Origin: Candidatus Omnitrophota bacterium
GTDB lineage: Bacteria > Omnitrophota > Omnitrophia > Omnitrophales > Aquincolibacteriaceae
NCBI GenBank assembly: GCA_043821445.1
Contig: JBDRCT010000013.1
Span: 6,270 to 70,269 of the forward strand
Direction: 5' to 3'
Length of the DNA: 64,000 bases
Both the position numbers and the translations under genes were made by a program. Positions 27,501 to 31,646 of this stretch are shown piece after piece. Every line of letters begins with the position of its first letter. Positions within the stretch are counted from its first letter, which is position 1. The notes beneath the pieces were generated by a model. It searched no databases. It saw nothing but the letters and a program-made list of their open reading frames with translations, and was not told the origin of the DNA.

Positions 27501-29042
27501 CACGACGTAGGAAAAGCCTTTTTCCCGGAGGATCTCCTTGATCTTGTTGGCGTGGAATCCCCCGAAAACCAGCACCGCGGTCTCTTCTTTGCCATTCTCG
27601 GAAAAATCCTTGAGACGAGCCTCGACCGAGCTGTCTCTGGAATGGGCCGCCTCGTAGAACCGGACCGGGTCCTTGATGTGCCGTTCCCATTCCTTGGAAA
27701 GCACAAGTGACTTATGGGTTTGAGAAGCGACGAACTCGGCAAGGTCTTGCGTCCGAAGATCCTGAAGCGTTCCTTTGACCGCCTCGTATTCTTCGGGGGT
27801 CAATTCGATACGATTCAAACGCTGAAGCAGTTTCAACCCCTGATAATATCCGAAAATTTTTCGATCTCGTTCGTTTTTGAGAAAATCGGTCGAGATCTCT
27901 GTTTCTAATTTCCCCATTTCTTTAAAGATCACGGAAGAATCCAGCAGGTTCACTTGGTCGAGCAATTTCCGGTCTTCCGACGACTGGGCCATCAAAAGGA
28001 CCGAAAGAGCCGGATACTCCCCGGAAAACCGCTCCGCCGCTTCGGCCTCTTTGTTTTTAAGATAGAGGGAGTGCAGATCTTTCAAGTAATCGAGCAACGG
28101 AAGTTGCCCGGCATGAAAACGCTCCTGCTTTTTCAAAAGCGTTTTGAGGTCTTTTGGGAAAAATTGGTCGGCAAGGATCGTGACCCGGGCCAAAAGACAG
28201 GCGAGGTCTTCTTCCGTTTCTTTCTTGTTCTTCGACGCATCCTGATAATGCCGGATATTTTCGCGATAAAGCTTCAGGTCATCGACGCCGATCAAATTCC
28301 AATCAGGGTTTAGGGGGTAGGGTTTAGGATTTAGATCATTTGAATTCTCTTTTTTACTATCTCCTATCCCCTGTACCCTATCCGCTAATTTCCGGTTGAT
28401 GTGCGCATATTCCGCTCCGCCGATACGGAGTTTATCCAACAGGAAATAGGAAACTTTTTGTTTGATCGCCGGGTCTTTGATGAATCCAAAGAACTTGTCC
28501 GTGGGAACGGGCCCTTCGTAGCCTTCTTCAAAAACCGTTTTGATCCCCTTTTCTTTCACGAGCAGGTTGATGATCTTGGCAATGTTCTCCTGGGCTTCGA
28601 GGGAGTCGTGGGCGTCTTGAATGAAAACGATAAAACGAGACCGGAGACTGGAGACTGGAGACTGAAGACTTTTTTCCCTCACCCTGTCCCTCGCCCGAAG
28701 GGAGAGGGAGTCTGCGGTCTGTAGTCTGTCCTGATTCTTGTTTTCATTTGATGGAGGGTAGTCAGGACTGCCCCAATTTCCGCTCCGCTGAAATTGAAAA
28801 GTATTGGGACTGTGGTCTGTGGTCGGAAAATAGACCTCGTCTATTTTCCCGAGTTCTTTGGGAATCGAGAAGAGCGCCGGTCCGGGATCAACCGCTACGG
28901 TAGAAGGGCTTGCATAGCCTTGGGGGGCATAGCGAAAGGCATCGAACAGGGTAAAAATAAGAATGACAAACGTCGCCGTGACCCGGCGCCAAAAAAGGCC
29001 GTTTTGCCATATGTTATGTGATGATTTCATTCCAAAATTCAT
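9600..29042 (-). CDS. Giant (6480 aa) multi-enzyme protein with N-terminal membrane anchor and R[SA]E[AMV]R-delimited modules
   Basis: Single uninterrupted ORF. Motif-recognised domains from N to C: TM/signal; IQDAH/VFEEG/GGFH domain; UDP-glucuronate decarboxylase-like SDR; GT2 x2; inositol monophosphatase; APH/homoserine kinase II-like; SDR epimerase; ROK kinase; sedoheptulose-7-P cyclase; HAD; PRTase x2; NTase-like; HAD; GT5. Confidence 0.93.
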   Translation of the reverse strand: MNFGMKSSHNIWQNGLFWRRVTATFVILIFTLFDAFRYAPQGYASPSTVAVDPGPALFSIPKELGKIDEVYFPTTDHSPNTFQFQRSGNWGSPDYPPSNENKNQDRLQTADSLSLRARDRVREKSLQSPVSSLRSRFIVFIQDAHDSLEAQENIAKIINLLVKEKGIKTVFEEGYEGPVPTDKFFGFIKDPAIKQKVSYFLLDKLRIGGAEYAHINRKLADRVQGIGDSKKENSNDLNPKPYPLNPDWNLIGVDDLKLYRENIRHYQDASKNKKETEEDLACLLARVTILADQFFPKDLKTLLKKQERFHAGQLPLLDYLKDLHSLYLKNKEAEAAERFSGEYPALSVLLMAQSSEDRKLLDQVNLLDSSVIFKEMGKLETEISTDFLKNERDRKIFGYYQGLKLLQRLNRIELTPEEYEAVKGTLQDLRTQDLAEFVASQTHKSLVLSKEWERHIKDPVRFYEAAHSRDSSVEARLKDFSENGKEETAVLVFGGFHANKIKEILREKGFSYVVVSPRFNPDDKRHQAYYKQLMSVGHHSFEVPVHVARAARPESEFVMANAWGENVIHQRLAVMASLAGDLRSELDPATLNLMIEKGLIASDQPQSGQKATAPSIRSEARQMISGLSASKEEPKAWVVRDAKTGAEKGLAYQTPLLPKGPADLDRAWRDFHAMVFEFPKLLERAAREKLPVVLVIPEKLDGFGPLADEAPWIEGARTALAWASAYFRFKELGNVDVRVLQLPGKEVSPEQIAEGVKNILSRNIRDATGTTDYHQKDDRKSELSLAAILKKKQTPRTPEAQMEARIFRLEEVLKTTRTPESDLLLEPSAIAEIVRAGKNDAAPEIIRPVLPRVPSGKKRIVVTGAAGFIGINLVKKLLAEGNQVIALDNLISANKDFASFFRDEPDFYFRQWDVSESFEIEGPVDQVLHLASLASPPDYYGHPREALRAGLQAIREMMELARRKHAQFLFTSTSEVYGDAAVHPQPETYAGNVSPFRMRSQYDQSKRGAETLMKLYASRYAGEGLDLRIARIFNTYGPFMRIDDGRVITNFIEKVLQGKPIEINGNDKITRSFGYVDDTVDGLLKLLRSDKLGPETPVQKRVFNIGNDSEFTLRELADLVNALGQKYLHRTVPVRIAEVKDPSDPARRRPDLTRARVFLGYAPAIPLREGLEKTFLHFLNTRSGKARSEARPDPKAARSEMRDAGAKQTGEDLAEGVRPQVSIVIGTTLSDDTFIDRLSEYLHSEQSGKVSEQVIVTVDARSQTLRRERFEELKRLSEEPGSKTSGRTFQLVTNPRAHEAGQALQQGIALATGEATILAEDRAPLGGDFFEALALPVLQASTDTVSDDSGLYTAIKTRALKEIKLNERGPLIHAEIKAKLERLAYTSQTVSVLSAEERARFAARPGSMILERIRAAAVKLICSVMPAESSYRGQYEFEKSMESMAKLPRLPEGQKRKVSIVISSRSGTRFFSPDEEIEGQDALRVKVRQELDVLFALNSSYDYELIIVDDSSPEGKTGKRIAQKAEELFPEYVRSGKVRVIFSKNKKSQKGGGILFGMKDALDRGADYLVYTDVDLSTNLIQVGSLLERIVAGGAGVAIGSRGHPRSRVVGREGFRSISSALYNIAVRFILPLGKIRDTQAGFKAFSREAALAVVPDTKDLLLSFDTELLLLAREKGFTVEEVPVYWKESRVGTSVSVILQVFHMTVGLLEQRIRMSGRVLTRPGIHLSAELSIVGSRAAIAAIRFVQIFLQAYRRVKNFVTTLPFLKTQHVPKAFELREASLDKKRVRDLTAEARWIVREASLILADFRGRLSSLDVKTKIEPGSGNPTLVTEADETIQQFVITEIQRSFPKHFVIAEEKMENEISRKNWQNADSDFVWILDPIDGTKEFLKPGSDYYGISLALYYKGRPVLAVVASPRFGMIEASAERSGIYLNGKQVRVSQESSTGELRAVIDDDPQNVLAPILGVGDGWKSISHNTRSVVLNLAGIAYSGQDTEAPHLFWKGGDHGPSLWDIAASSYLLKKAGGIFKKAGGVVTAGFVAFSIEQGTAVEIGRAIHQTILDRAQRDRHFSILAGTPPAVLAATITIQKNLGGGMAQSTKSQDLAVTPVTFDQKIHAVRSHYDLELSDPLIAYPIGHAVKPQVPILLRSKEGSFVFKKLSTSRPGAQYIVSYQNALQQSGVSSVPRLIPLKGRAGNVADDFLVELDGGYYVLEEAISRGVEIRYEDANLKQFEDLGALIAAFQNISGGFKLEGGKSEKPLIAILERDKDFESLGIALRIRELTAGAARLGRGEKLFLENLPLVLSQMKILRANLPDSLYERLPKAFVSADLSLHNMRFTGDGHTALAVYDYGKLRYQARLEDLKNPAMARGPEKGRSYDLEVLQAIVRGYQAEAREPLTVEELEALPEFIRGTFLWQYAGWFLLEMSKLNTDDAIYEQAVALFKRFERFTRDFPAGKPFGARLESSTISRKDVLRSEVRLHTGEDVPLDASVSKTNAMTQSASPIVRAEMRDETVSSPTSMVITGASGDLGAMLGRYAEAQRSPLKLIVRSPNSKKKYSDRTLREASGAEFYLSDLFDRVKMKKVIAQSPVFYHLAALVGLDKDAGTYPENFKVNGLAAIGLLKMAEEVNPDVRFIFASSERVISIEKNPAINRWIEGALQLIDENPELFQEPNYSTAMDKLTELILSKYPFPEGVYPYELSKLLVERYIQRGVLKKAVAVRITSIYGPGNLSGRKMQRMIEARLLGRTITEKREIRDYIYIQDAIEVLYQLGVRKDLPEQRVVDLAPQAEVSAEKIWDMIVKHTPDAKGKIEWKGEPTPANPQSNQISRNLLGRDFTYIETGVRNQIDEARRRLDPGIPAETGKGPVLVIDAGGTSTRMAVWDGEKLTDAIKFPTVNYTSAEAQGKPIDRMQEVWLESLAQKIREYRERHPDIQSVSMGFAGPVGEDGDLTESSVIWGPDRNRIPHAVLQNRWGLPVKVVNDLTTAVYRYGRSPKFAGMRTIALITVSSGIGSKLFDVVHGNVVIDRQGRAGEIGHTIVDYAGNAIQGEGLKGELNAYASGRGLSNLAKRMAGQKKYRTFYEGSALRAEIEKTGQTIETVDRDVLTRLLVELIKKNDGFSIQVMKSSVGYLVRVLGPFILQNAPDAIVWMGSIAENLEPVYLDEVIEQLISKGLYGYNRDDLKKMFVMGEKDDENGLRGAGLMACDKQGVASAQPAYDPGYVRDNVDPHGHNVIEAVAPNDVQQRNYYTEGAFDLDNRVLANVLEGRNVIFVVEKAVADKVLEPLKRYLQHYHMEGRCKGEIQVLDGGEKIKSAEQVKSLTDYAQERNLDRNGVFVVVGGGAIMDMVGMVANQFRRGVRYVRIPTTLLGQVDAAVGVKVGIDYRTAKNFLGAFYPPFATITDTRFLETLPERQIQGGIAEIIKVALISNTSLFEVLEKYGTAFIRDMPRDAKWTFIKDAAVELLKHLQMDFFEHNLMRHVDFGHVLAHKFESMTNYELTHGEAVAIDILMSAFIAHARGMLSDKDFRRILSLHIKLKLPFYHPALNPDRAWEGLEDAKAHKGGRLMMVVPIGIGRTAFVDSLRRDELDAALDFLRRHQEQADDAVMTHEIEENHPPAELKYLGRYLETLPRDPTNYATEITGVLEELVTPSVQKVINIAMNQSLDPKIWGQALGMLTKFGLHSDSAGTVFTLESARSPDLKKIRFVRQGTTFIPDLPTQTQTETEIAQQLLDRDTFAFGLDDVLISPAGFDPEVIGLIIELLKRHKTVALVTARGLTVEDYFANIRKGDGIGILKNIFEHPDFKPEMLGRLFAYTGFGTYKYGFRLRHNQQPPSWFNVEPVLETKFSAKFVASKTFSEEDGKYLPAIMRKILEIENGFSTDFGFPNPDRDYEGFVRGAKIQEDERAILYFPQSKQGEIENWKLRIMLENLKEALSRALPPEVFSLLTFRVVSRKGIVVAKTFNQKNEALLDLEAMGLSRKKVSFWGHDFAADGLEVSLLKLPGLTRVSVAAPLPGEVPVLQLRSSDADTGPDRAKRILKAYFKLINENSRRSEMRTGEDAVSQALRRIRINGELLILENVRETSLGVFRREADVLGSMDPEWVLRSIFGKASSEVISEDEKRMFFYEGRIQPVNVVFHPKFRPAEMLHSNAPKKGVPITGSHQPLSVVMGESIVHALLEKLRGTPEGRRMLEQMKGDPTRSFIIGKYNAGLVPGILASLELGIPMITLTKRSFDPFDPTLPAGESVVQMEEQHMLRDSPEYFSHMVVPAGSRFFLIDDESTTGRVVVNIANMLKAANAGLDGAAVVLRTSKEASERLEGGAVPYFYLDFLTEEELAKVSAALDRQHMFPFKQPVELYMPPESVEAQGLSGPTDLDLDIRHYPRRNDPGRVWTDHAFRGMTVPLTPDQLRKFGPAMQQKIEKVLGTPLATIRREYYKEGKTVYVLGPSTSGFYGGVALSQASHVPFVGVTNRPEPVGYDEMSSLAVNYIGLDGYAYSMYRLMPGDAVILVTGELTDGEEQMRMITALEQKGVKVLASSSMIENSHYHGRQRVGQEAKVPVVSMAEYAADEGVPVHNISGRVWAALKYATMRLEEEVRRTHPQASVKEILSFPNSLTAGILLDQSDFDSTYVIVEGVSQEELQALQPLMKQWLTGSGIKMDAGDGKVPQLLSADHQKKIWGPEGRNLLPYISLYSNGQFIGPEEQIRRGVLPLMVLPDKHVARIKWFLSLGELDPEYARKLIERGSADQQMDWLARRCVEIRGFMDAFEKRRLSPVALRWIEKLDEAYRSGTMSLAVAEEDDKSLADGLRELLMEKMVRIFDGKLVLVWRERSASMSDSYWRETISVPGRESVITAAYEERLRQRKDALDVLNHWDRNTDPELVIMKIRSWSAQRTLTEDQKQQFDDVLGFSPAVRAAAITAMATRADEMWGTVQENILRILEEHSARELHDSGPNIFAAETMQVCVYALIMALWIKSGSLNANEAVKFLLDCIYPFDGRPRISPLVMRSLMRNLRSVVPQVTDPQLRDRLQFLSLGYGVSLPGMMTLEGLAHRIGFLNDYIHSFEGQYTDKLEEIAESLNEFREDIRWLSRLAGSNNQEVGTLTVRGVLERSGFKLASQGAQISIGEGADFKLSPEGSWRSTVSPRLTSREDISEILKKKDVFVFDVDDTLVTLHDYVSPAMIDHLIRLFQEGKTVAIDTLRVFNPADFSNLEKGRGLGFLKNLFGYPGFKPEYFDRFLLYSSGAGHKFTFRIGDRDKIEIVEDQAYFERYGKQRRWKEDEAGEGPKIVSALYELDRRWQEIFGFAPTPKMLDQFEKEKTRGTNSPFLYAPNFDYYVNPKNQMPRWQLRIMLSDLRKALSGQLSPTFFGRLVFRSPDGRVLLVGKKTTGKNDAIVDLEGMGHSRERMIVFDDEFQADGVARSFLDLSGLDVISVGKPLPGNFSLIQPPHEEGALSAKETERIFDHYFQSKGTGVARSEMRAADDPKHPLEGALTSAAKRAEMRTQWKNEIKSSLKNLDTFVQVMVRLRQTLAEEGKGPGLLSRWLFEVTRNDAILQQLVSDYRNKLKKIALQTGAGSEWDIALKVIENIGVGHVVMISPEIAPFSIAGGMAQVLEGLPKALAQAGSEVSIVTFLYNESQGKKHTSAEELLRNGIQMGGKTVRLEATGRRVQVALGPTINVFSNRVESPAHTETAEVYRAQNEGVTIYFLYHPHLANRLYPSVSSSDQLKRSILLSRGSLEVMREFDLYPDFILAHDWMAAPAFAYLKADPIPGDFDYRTDEHFYDLETGLVPKLGFAMHNLGRDYQARFFTIENGIDLWPLFRLQGQHYRGLSNREGENPDHPTRLNLVRGGILHSDFALTVSKSYAREIQTPEKGNGLHEDFLKKGKVYGISNGIDIEALRTEFIRMGGGDPGTEDPAAFFQNLPQFKDFAKREIQNKYGLEEREDAILVSMVGRIADQKGVELVASEAKNILDRDPRVQLLIAGPIADFDPSAYALRDAIRALEADPKYAGRVRGEFEFIAFREALRIYLASDLFLMPSKYEPGGLSQLESLSAGTAVVAHEVGGIADTLNEFDPQRGMGDAFFFQEFNGKGFLRAVTRGIQAIRNKDHRKTIVLQAAVAAHGWNDKVSAYFNMFRNESGVFEYDYPHLREEQAQLDRIIARPSEASEGTKRSEVRGISGTTGKAKRTTEEKNTLSVERNALSKAEGRRPDPPLQSEGQIRPETRYVNEPTASILNVWAMKRADRTRDLFATIARPLQQNPLFAAAVSERRSEVRVETDMRHTLTNIQAGKRNATSHKDIADRMVRDIRKSVQPATVFVDAEDFPNLSVAQKNEYFYAALSGQGVRIVVYNERGQVRDQELGALLKLDHVTRTDRGLAGAQSSFDRPGAPGIHLSKQILPSQELVQRLRKRVSFFKTQGQNGGTLAAALLWAWSGGEDARLREVSQGRDGFWIVAESLVNALQRSYDATLAFAVAA
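10625..12265 (-). other. GT5 glycogen/starch synthase-like domain within giant protein (approximate bounds)
   Basis: ISPEIAPFSIAGGMAQV, AHDW, TVSKSYAREI, GISNGID, GRIADQKG, MPSKYEPGGLSQL, VGGIADT. Confidence 0.9.
15340..16600 (-). other. Tandem type I phosphoribosyltransferase-like domains within giant protein (approximate bounds)
   Basis: PRPP-loop FLIDDESTTGRVV; second, degenerate copy ILVTGELTDGEE. Confidence 0.7.
18245..19300 (-). other. Sedoheptulose-7-phosphate cyclase (EEVS/DHQS superfamily) domain within giant protein (approximate bounds)
   Basis: GGEKIK, GGGAIMDMVG, RIPTTLLGQVDAAVGVK, KNFLGAFYPP, LMRHVDFGH, HGEAVAID. Confidence 0.88.
19425..20440 (-). other. ROK-family sugar/cyclitol kinase domain within giant protein (approximate bounds)
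   Basis: IDAGGTSTR, GFAGPV, VVNDL, TVSSGIG, AGEIGH. Confidence 0.85.
22940..23665 (-). other. Inositol monophosphatase/CysQ domain within giant protein (approximate bounds)
   Basis: VTEAD, IAEE, WILDPIDGTKEF, WDIAAS. Confidence 0.88.
23900..24675 (-). other. GT2 (dolichyl-phosphate glycosyltransferase-like) domain within giant protein (approximate bounds)
   Basis: IIVDDSS, QKGGGI, YTDVDLS, AIGSR, DTQAGFKAF, FDTELL, EVPVYW. Confidence 0.88.
25510..26475 (-). other. UDP-glucuronate decarboxylase-like extended SDR domain within giant protein (approximate bounds)
   Basis: VTGAAGFIG, HLASLASPPDY, TSTSEVYGD, YDQSKR, ARIFNTYGP, DGRVITNF, TRSFGYVDD, DPARRRPD. Confidence 0.92.
28300..28385. repeat. 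7-bp periodic inverted repeat in frame in giant gene
   Basis: gggttta-gggggta-gggttta-ggattta ... ctatctc-ctatccc-ctgtacc-ctatcc; encodes DRVQGIGDSKKENSNDLNPKPYPLNP. Confidence 0.75.
28639..28826. repeat. Composite in-frame repeat insertion in giant gene
   Basis: ccggaga-ctggaga-ctggaga-ctgaaga heptamers, ctgcggtctgtagtctg, the gccccaatttcc...gtattgggactgt element, and ctgtggtctgtggtc. Confidence 0.8.
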
Positions 29043-29301
29043 GTTTCTAAAGCCTTTTTAAACGGTGGATTTCCCCAATAGAGAGGATGCCGGAAGGATA
29101 ACCTCTGTTTTTGATTTTAACAAGGGTAGCGGGTAAAATAAATCCGGCCATTTGTAGAGACAAAATGGGCTAATTTAGGGGGTGGGATTAACATTTCCCA
29201 AGGAGGGAGCCTGGAGCCCTCCTTGTATGGCTAGGGGGCGAGGCGTGGTCAGAGCTTAAATTTCAGGTCATCGAAAAACTTGTCAGTGCAGGAAAAGGCT
29301 T

Positions 29302-29634
29302 TTAACGGCCTTTGCGGGCGGCATAACCAAAATTAAAAAAGTATCGCCTCCAGGATTTTTCCGTGGAACCGAACTCGTTCGCTCCCGAGAAGTAATCCAC
29401 AAGCGCTTCCCTTACCCGGGCTACTTCTTTGAGGCGCGACCCGCCCCACCCGCTGTCCAAAGTGAGATCGGCCAATTCAAGCGCGCGCTCAAAAGCCTTT
29501 TGGGAATGCGCCGCGTTATGCTTGGCTTGCCAGTTCAGGGCCCTTTCCACCTCGCTACCGATATGGGCCATTTGCTCAACAAATGCCATTTTCGCCCAGC
29601 GCCCGTCCGCAAAATTCTGGTGCTGATAGATCAT
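29302..29634 (-). CDS. Small helical hypothetical protein
   Basis: 110 aa, GRW...EQMAHIGSEVERA...FERALEL.DLT; co-oriented between the msbA-like gene and the giant gene. Confidence 0.75.
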   Translation of the reverse strand: MIYQHQNFADGRWAKMAFVEQMAHIGSEVERALNWQAKHNAAHSQKAFERALELADLTLDSGWGGSRLKEVARVREALVDYFSGANEFGSTEKSWRRYFFNFGYAARKGR

Positions 29635-29687
29635 CGCCGAATCTTCTCTAGAACGCTCCGAGGATCTTCATGATGACAAGTCCCCCC

Positions 29688-31451
29688 TTAGAGGTTGAAC
29701 TGCAGGTCGTAAAGTTTCTTATACATGCCGCCCAACCGCAAAAGGAACTCATTCGTTCCCTGCTGGACGATCTTCCCTTTATCCATCACCAGGATACGGT
29801 CGGCTTTTTGGATGGTGGAAAGACGATGCGCGATCACAAAAACAGTACGGGCCTTCATGAGGTTCTCCAGGGCGCCCTGGACTTCTTTTTCGCTTTGCGT
29901 ATCAAGGTGAGAGGTCGCTTCATCAAGGATCAGGATCGGCGGGTCCTTAAGAAGCGCTCTTGCGATCGCAATGCGCTGGCGCTCGCCGCCGGAAAGCTTG
30001 AGTCCCCTGTCCCCCAACGGAGTGTCATACCCTTGAGGAAGGGCTTCGATAAAATGATCGGCAAACGCGATCCCGGCCGCCCGCTTCACGTCTTCCAGAC
30101 CCGCGTCCGGACGCCCGTAAGCAATATTCTCCCGGATCGTAGCGTTGAAAAGCACGGTCTCCTGCGACACGATCCCGATCAGACCGCGCAGAGAATGGAG
30201 CGACAAGTCCCGGATGTCTTTGCCGTTGATCTTGATCACACCCTGAACGGGATCATAAAAACGGAGGAGAAGGCTCACGAGCGTGGTTTTTCCGGAGCCG
30301 CTCGCGCCCACAAAGGCAACCACCTCGTTATGTTTGGCCTTGATCTCAATATCCCTGAGCACCCATTTATCGAATTCATAATAAAAATCCACATGTTCAT
30401 AGCTGATCTCGCGGACCGGCTCGGAAAAGACAAGGGCGCCGGGTTTATCCTGGATCGTGGGCTTTGCGTCCATGACCTCAAAAATGCGCTGCCCCGAAGC
30501 GATCGACTGCTGGATCGTGCTGTTCACCTTGCTGATCTTTTTCAAAGGCTCGTAACAAATGTAGAGGGAGATAAAAAAAGCCGCAAACCGTTCCGGCGAA
30601 AGGTATTGCATTCCATACCATACCGCAAACCCGGCGCCCACCGCGCCGATCAGTTCGATCAGGGGACGTTGGATGATCGTGATCTTGATGGTTTTTCTGA
30701 AGAATTTGAAAACGCTGTTATTGATCTCCTCAAAACGCCGGATCTCTCTTTCTTCGCTCGTAAAGGACTTTACGATATGCGCCCCGGCGAGGGTCTCGCC
30801 GATAAAGGAAGTGATGTCCCCAACACGCGCCTGCATTTTCTTCGTCAATTTGCGGAGCTGTTTGCCCAAAAGCACGATGGGGATGGCCACCAGCGGAAAG
30901 ATCAGGATCGCGATGATCGCGAATTTCCCGCCCCAGATGAAAATAAAAGGGATGTTGAACAGGATCACGAGCGGCTGTTTGACAAGATCGGTGATCACGT
31001 CCGTGACCGCGCCCTGGATCTGTCCGACGTCGTTGGTGATACGGCTTAAAAAATCCCCGGTACGGCCTTTCGCGTAAAAATCATGGGAGAGATAGACCAA
31101 GTGGCGGTAAAGATCGTCCCGGACCTTGCGGACAACAAGGATCCCTACATTGGCCATATTATAGTTTGATATATAGTCAAAAAAACCGCGGAAAGCGAAC
31201 ACGGCGATCAAAATGAACGGTATCCATATCATTGGCACGGCGACGGAGGTCAGTTGCGGAAAATATTTGGAAATATAAGGGACGTTATCCACAACGACCT
31301 GGTTCTTCTGAAAGAACCCCTTCGTGATGACATAAAGCGCGACCGAGACAAGCGCGTTGGCCATCGAGAAAGCAAGCATGCACACGAAGGCGATGGCGAG
31401 GCGCCAGCGGTACGGCCTCACATAACCCAGTAGTCTTTTATAGATGTCCAT
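29688..31451 (-). CDS. msbA: ABC exporter, MsbA-like lipid A flippase
   Basis: TM domain plus Walker A GASGSGKT, LSGGERQR, LILDEATS, IAHRLST; adjacent to lpxB. Confidence 0.8.
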   Translation of the reverse strand: MDIYKRLLGYVRPYRWRLAIAFVCMLAFSMANALVSVALYVITKGFFQKNQVVVDNVPYISKYFPQLTSVAVPMIWIPFILIAVFAFRGFFDYISNYNMANVGILVVRKVRDDLYRHLVYLSHDFYAKGRTGDFLSRITNDVGQIQGAVTDVITDLVKQPLVILFNIPFIFIWGGKFAIIAILIFPLVAIPIVLLGKQLRKLTKKMQARVGDITSFIGETLAGAHIVKSFTSEEREIRRFEEINNSVFKFFRKTIKITIIQRPLIELIGAVGAGFAVWYGMQYLSPERFAAFFISLYICYEPLKKISKVNSTIQQSIASGQRIFEVMDAKPTIQDKPGALVFSEPVREISYEHVDFYYEFDKWVLRDIEIKAKHNEVVAFVGASGSGKTTLVSLLLRFYDPVQGVIKINGKDIRDLSLHSLRGLIGIVSQETVLFNATIRENIAYGRPDAGLEDVKRAAGIAFADHFIEALPQGYDTPLGDRGLKLSGGERQRIAIARALLKDPPILILDEATSHLDTQSEKEVQGALENLMKARTVFVIAHRLSTIQKADRILVMDKGKIVQQGTNEFLLRLGGMYKKLYDLQFNL

Positions 31452-31468
31452 AGATGCCTTTTAAAGCA

Positions 31469-31535
31469 GCGCAACGCGCAAAGCTCAACGTAAAAACTTG
31501 TTTTTCCGTTGCGCGTTGAGCGTAGAACGTAGTGC
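31469..31535. repeat. Intergenic 7-bp periodic inverted repeat (CGCGCAA family)
   Basis: gcgcaa-cgcgcaa-agctcaa-cgtaaaaac...ttc-cgttgcg-cgttgag-cgtagaa-cgtagtg; closely resembles the 1883-1958 copy, including the spacer start cgtaaaaac. Confidence 0.85.
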
Positions 31536-31646
31536 GGCTCTGCCAAGAGCCGACACTGTAACATATTCGTTGACACTGCTCAAGGTTATGATTTAAGCTT
31601 CTGCGTTGTTTTTTCCCGATAACTCATGAATTGTAAAGGAGTTAGG

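Noticed and set aside
9600-29042. RSExR motifs as DNA recombination (attC-like) sites, or the giant ORF as NRPS/PKS or intein-containing
   Set aside because: The motif DNA varies at synonymous positions and is not palindromic; no A/C/KS/carrier or intein motifs were seen.
29302-29634. Avd/DGR accessory protein
   Set aside because: No reverse transcriptase or adenine-mismatched TR/VR pair was found in the window.
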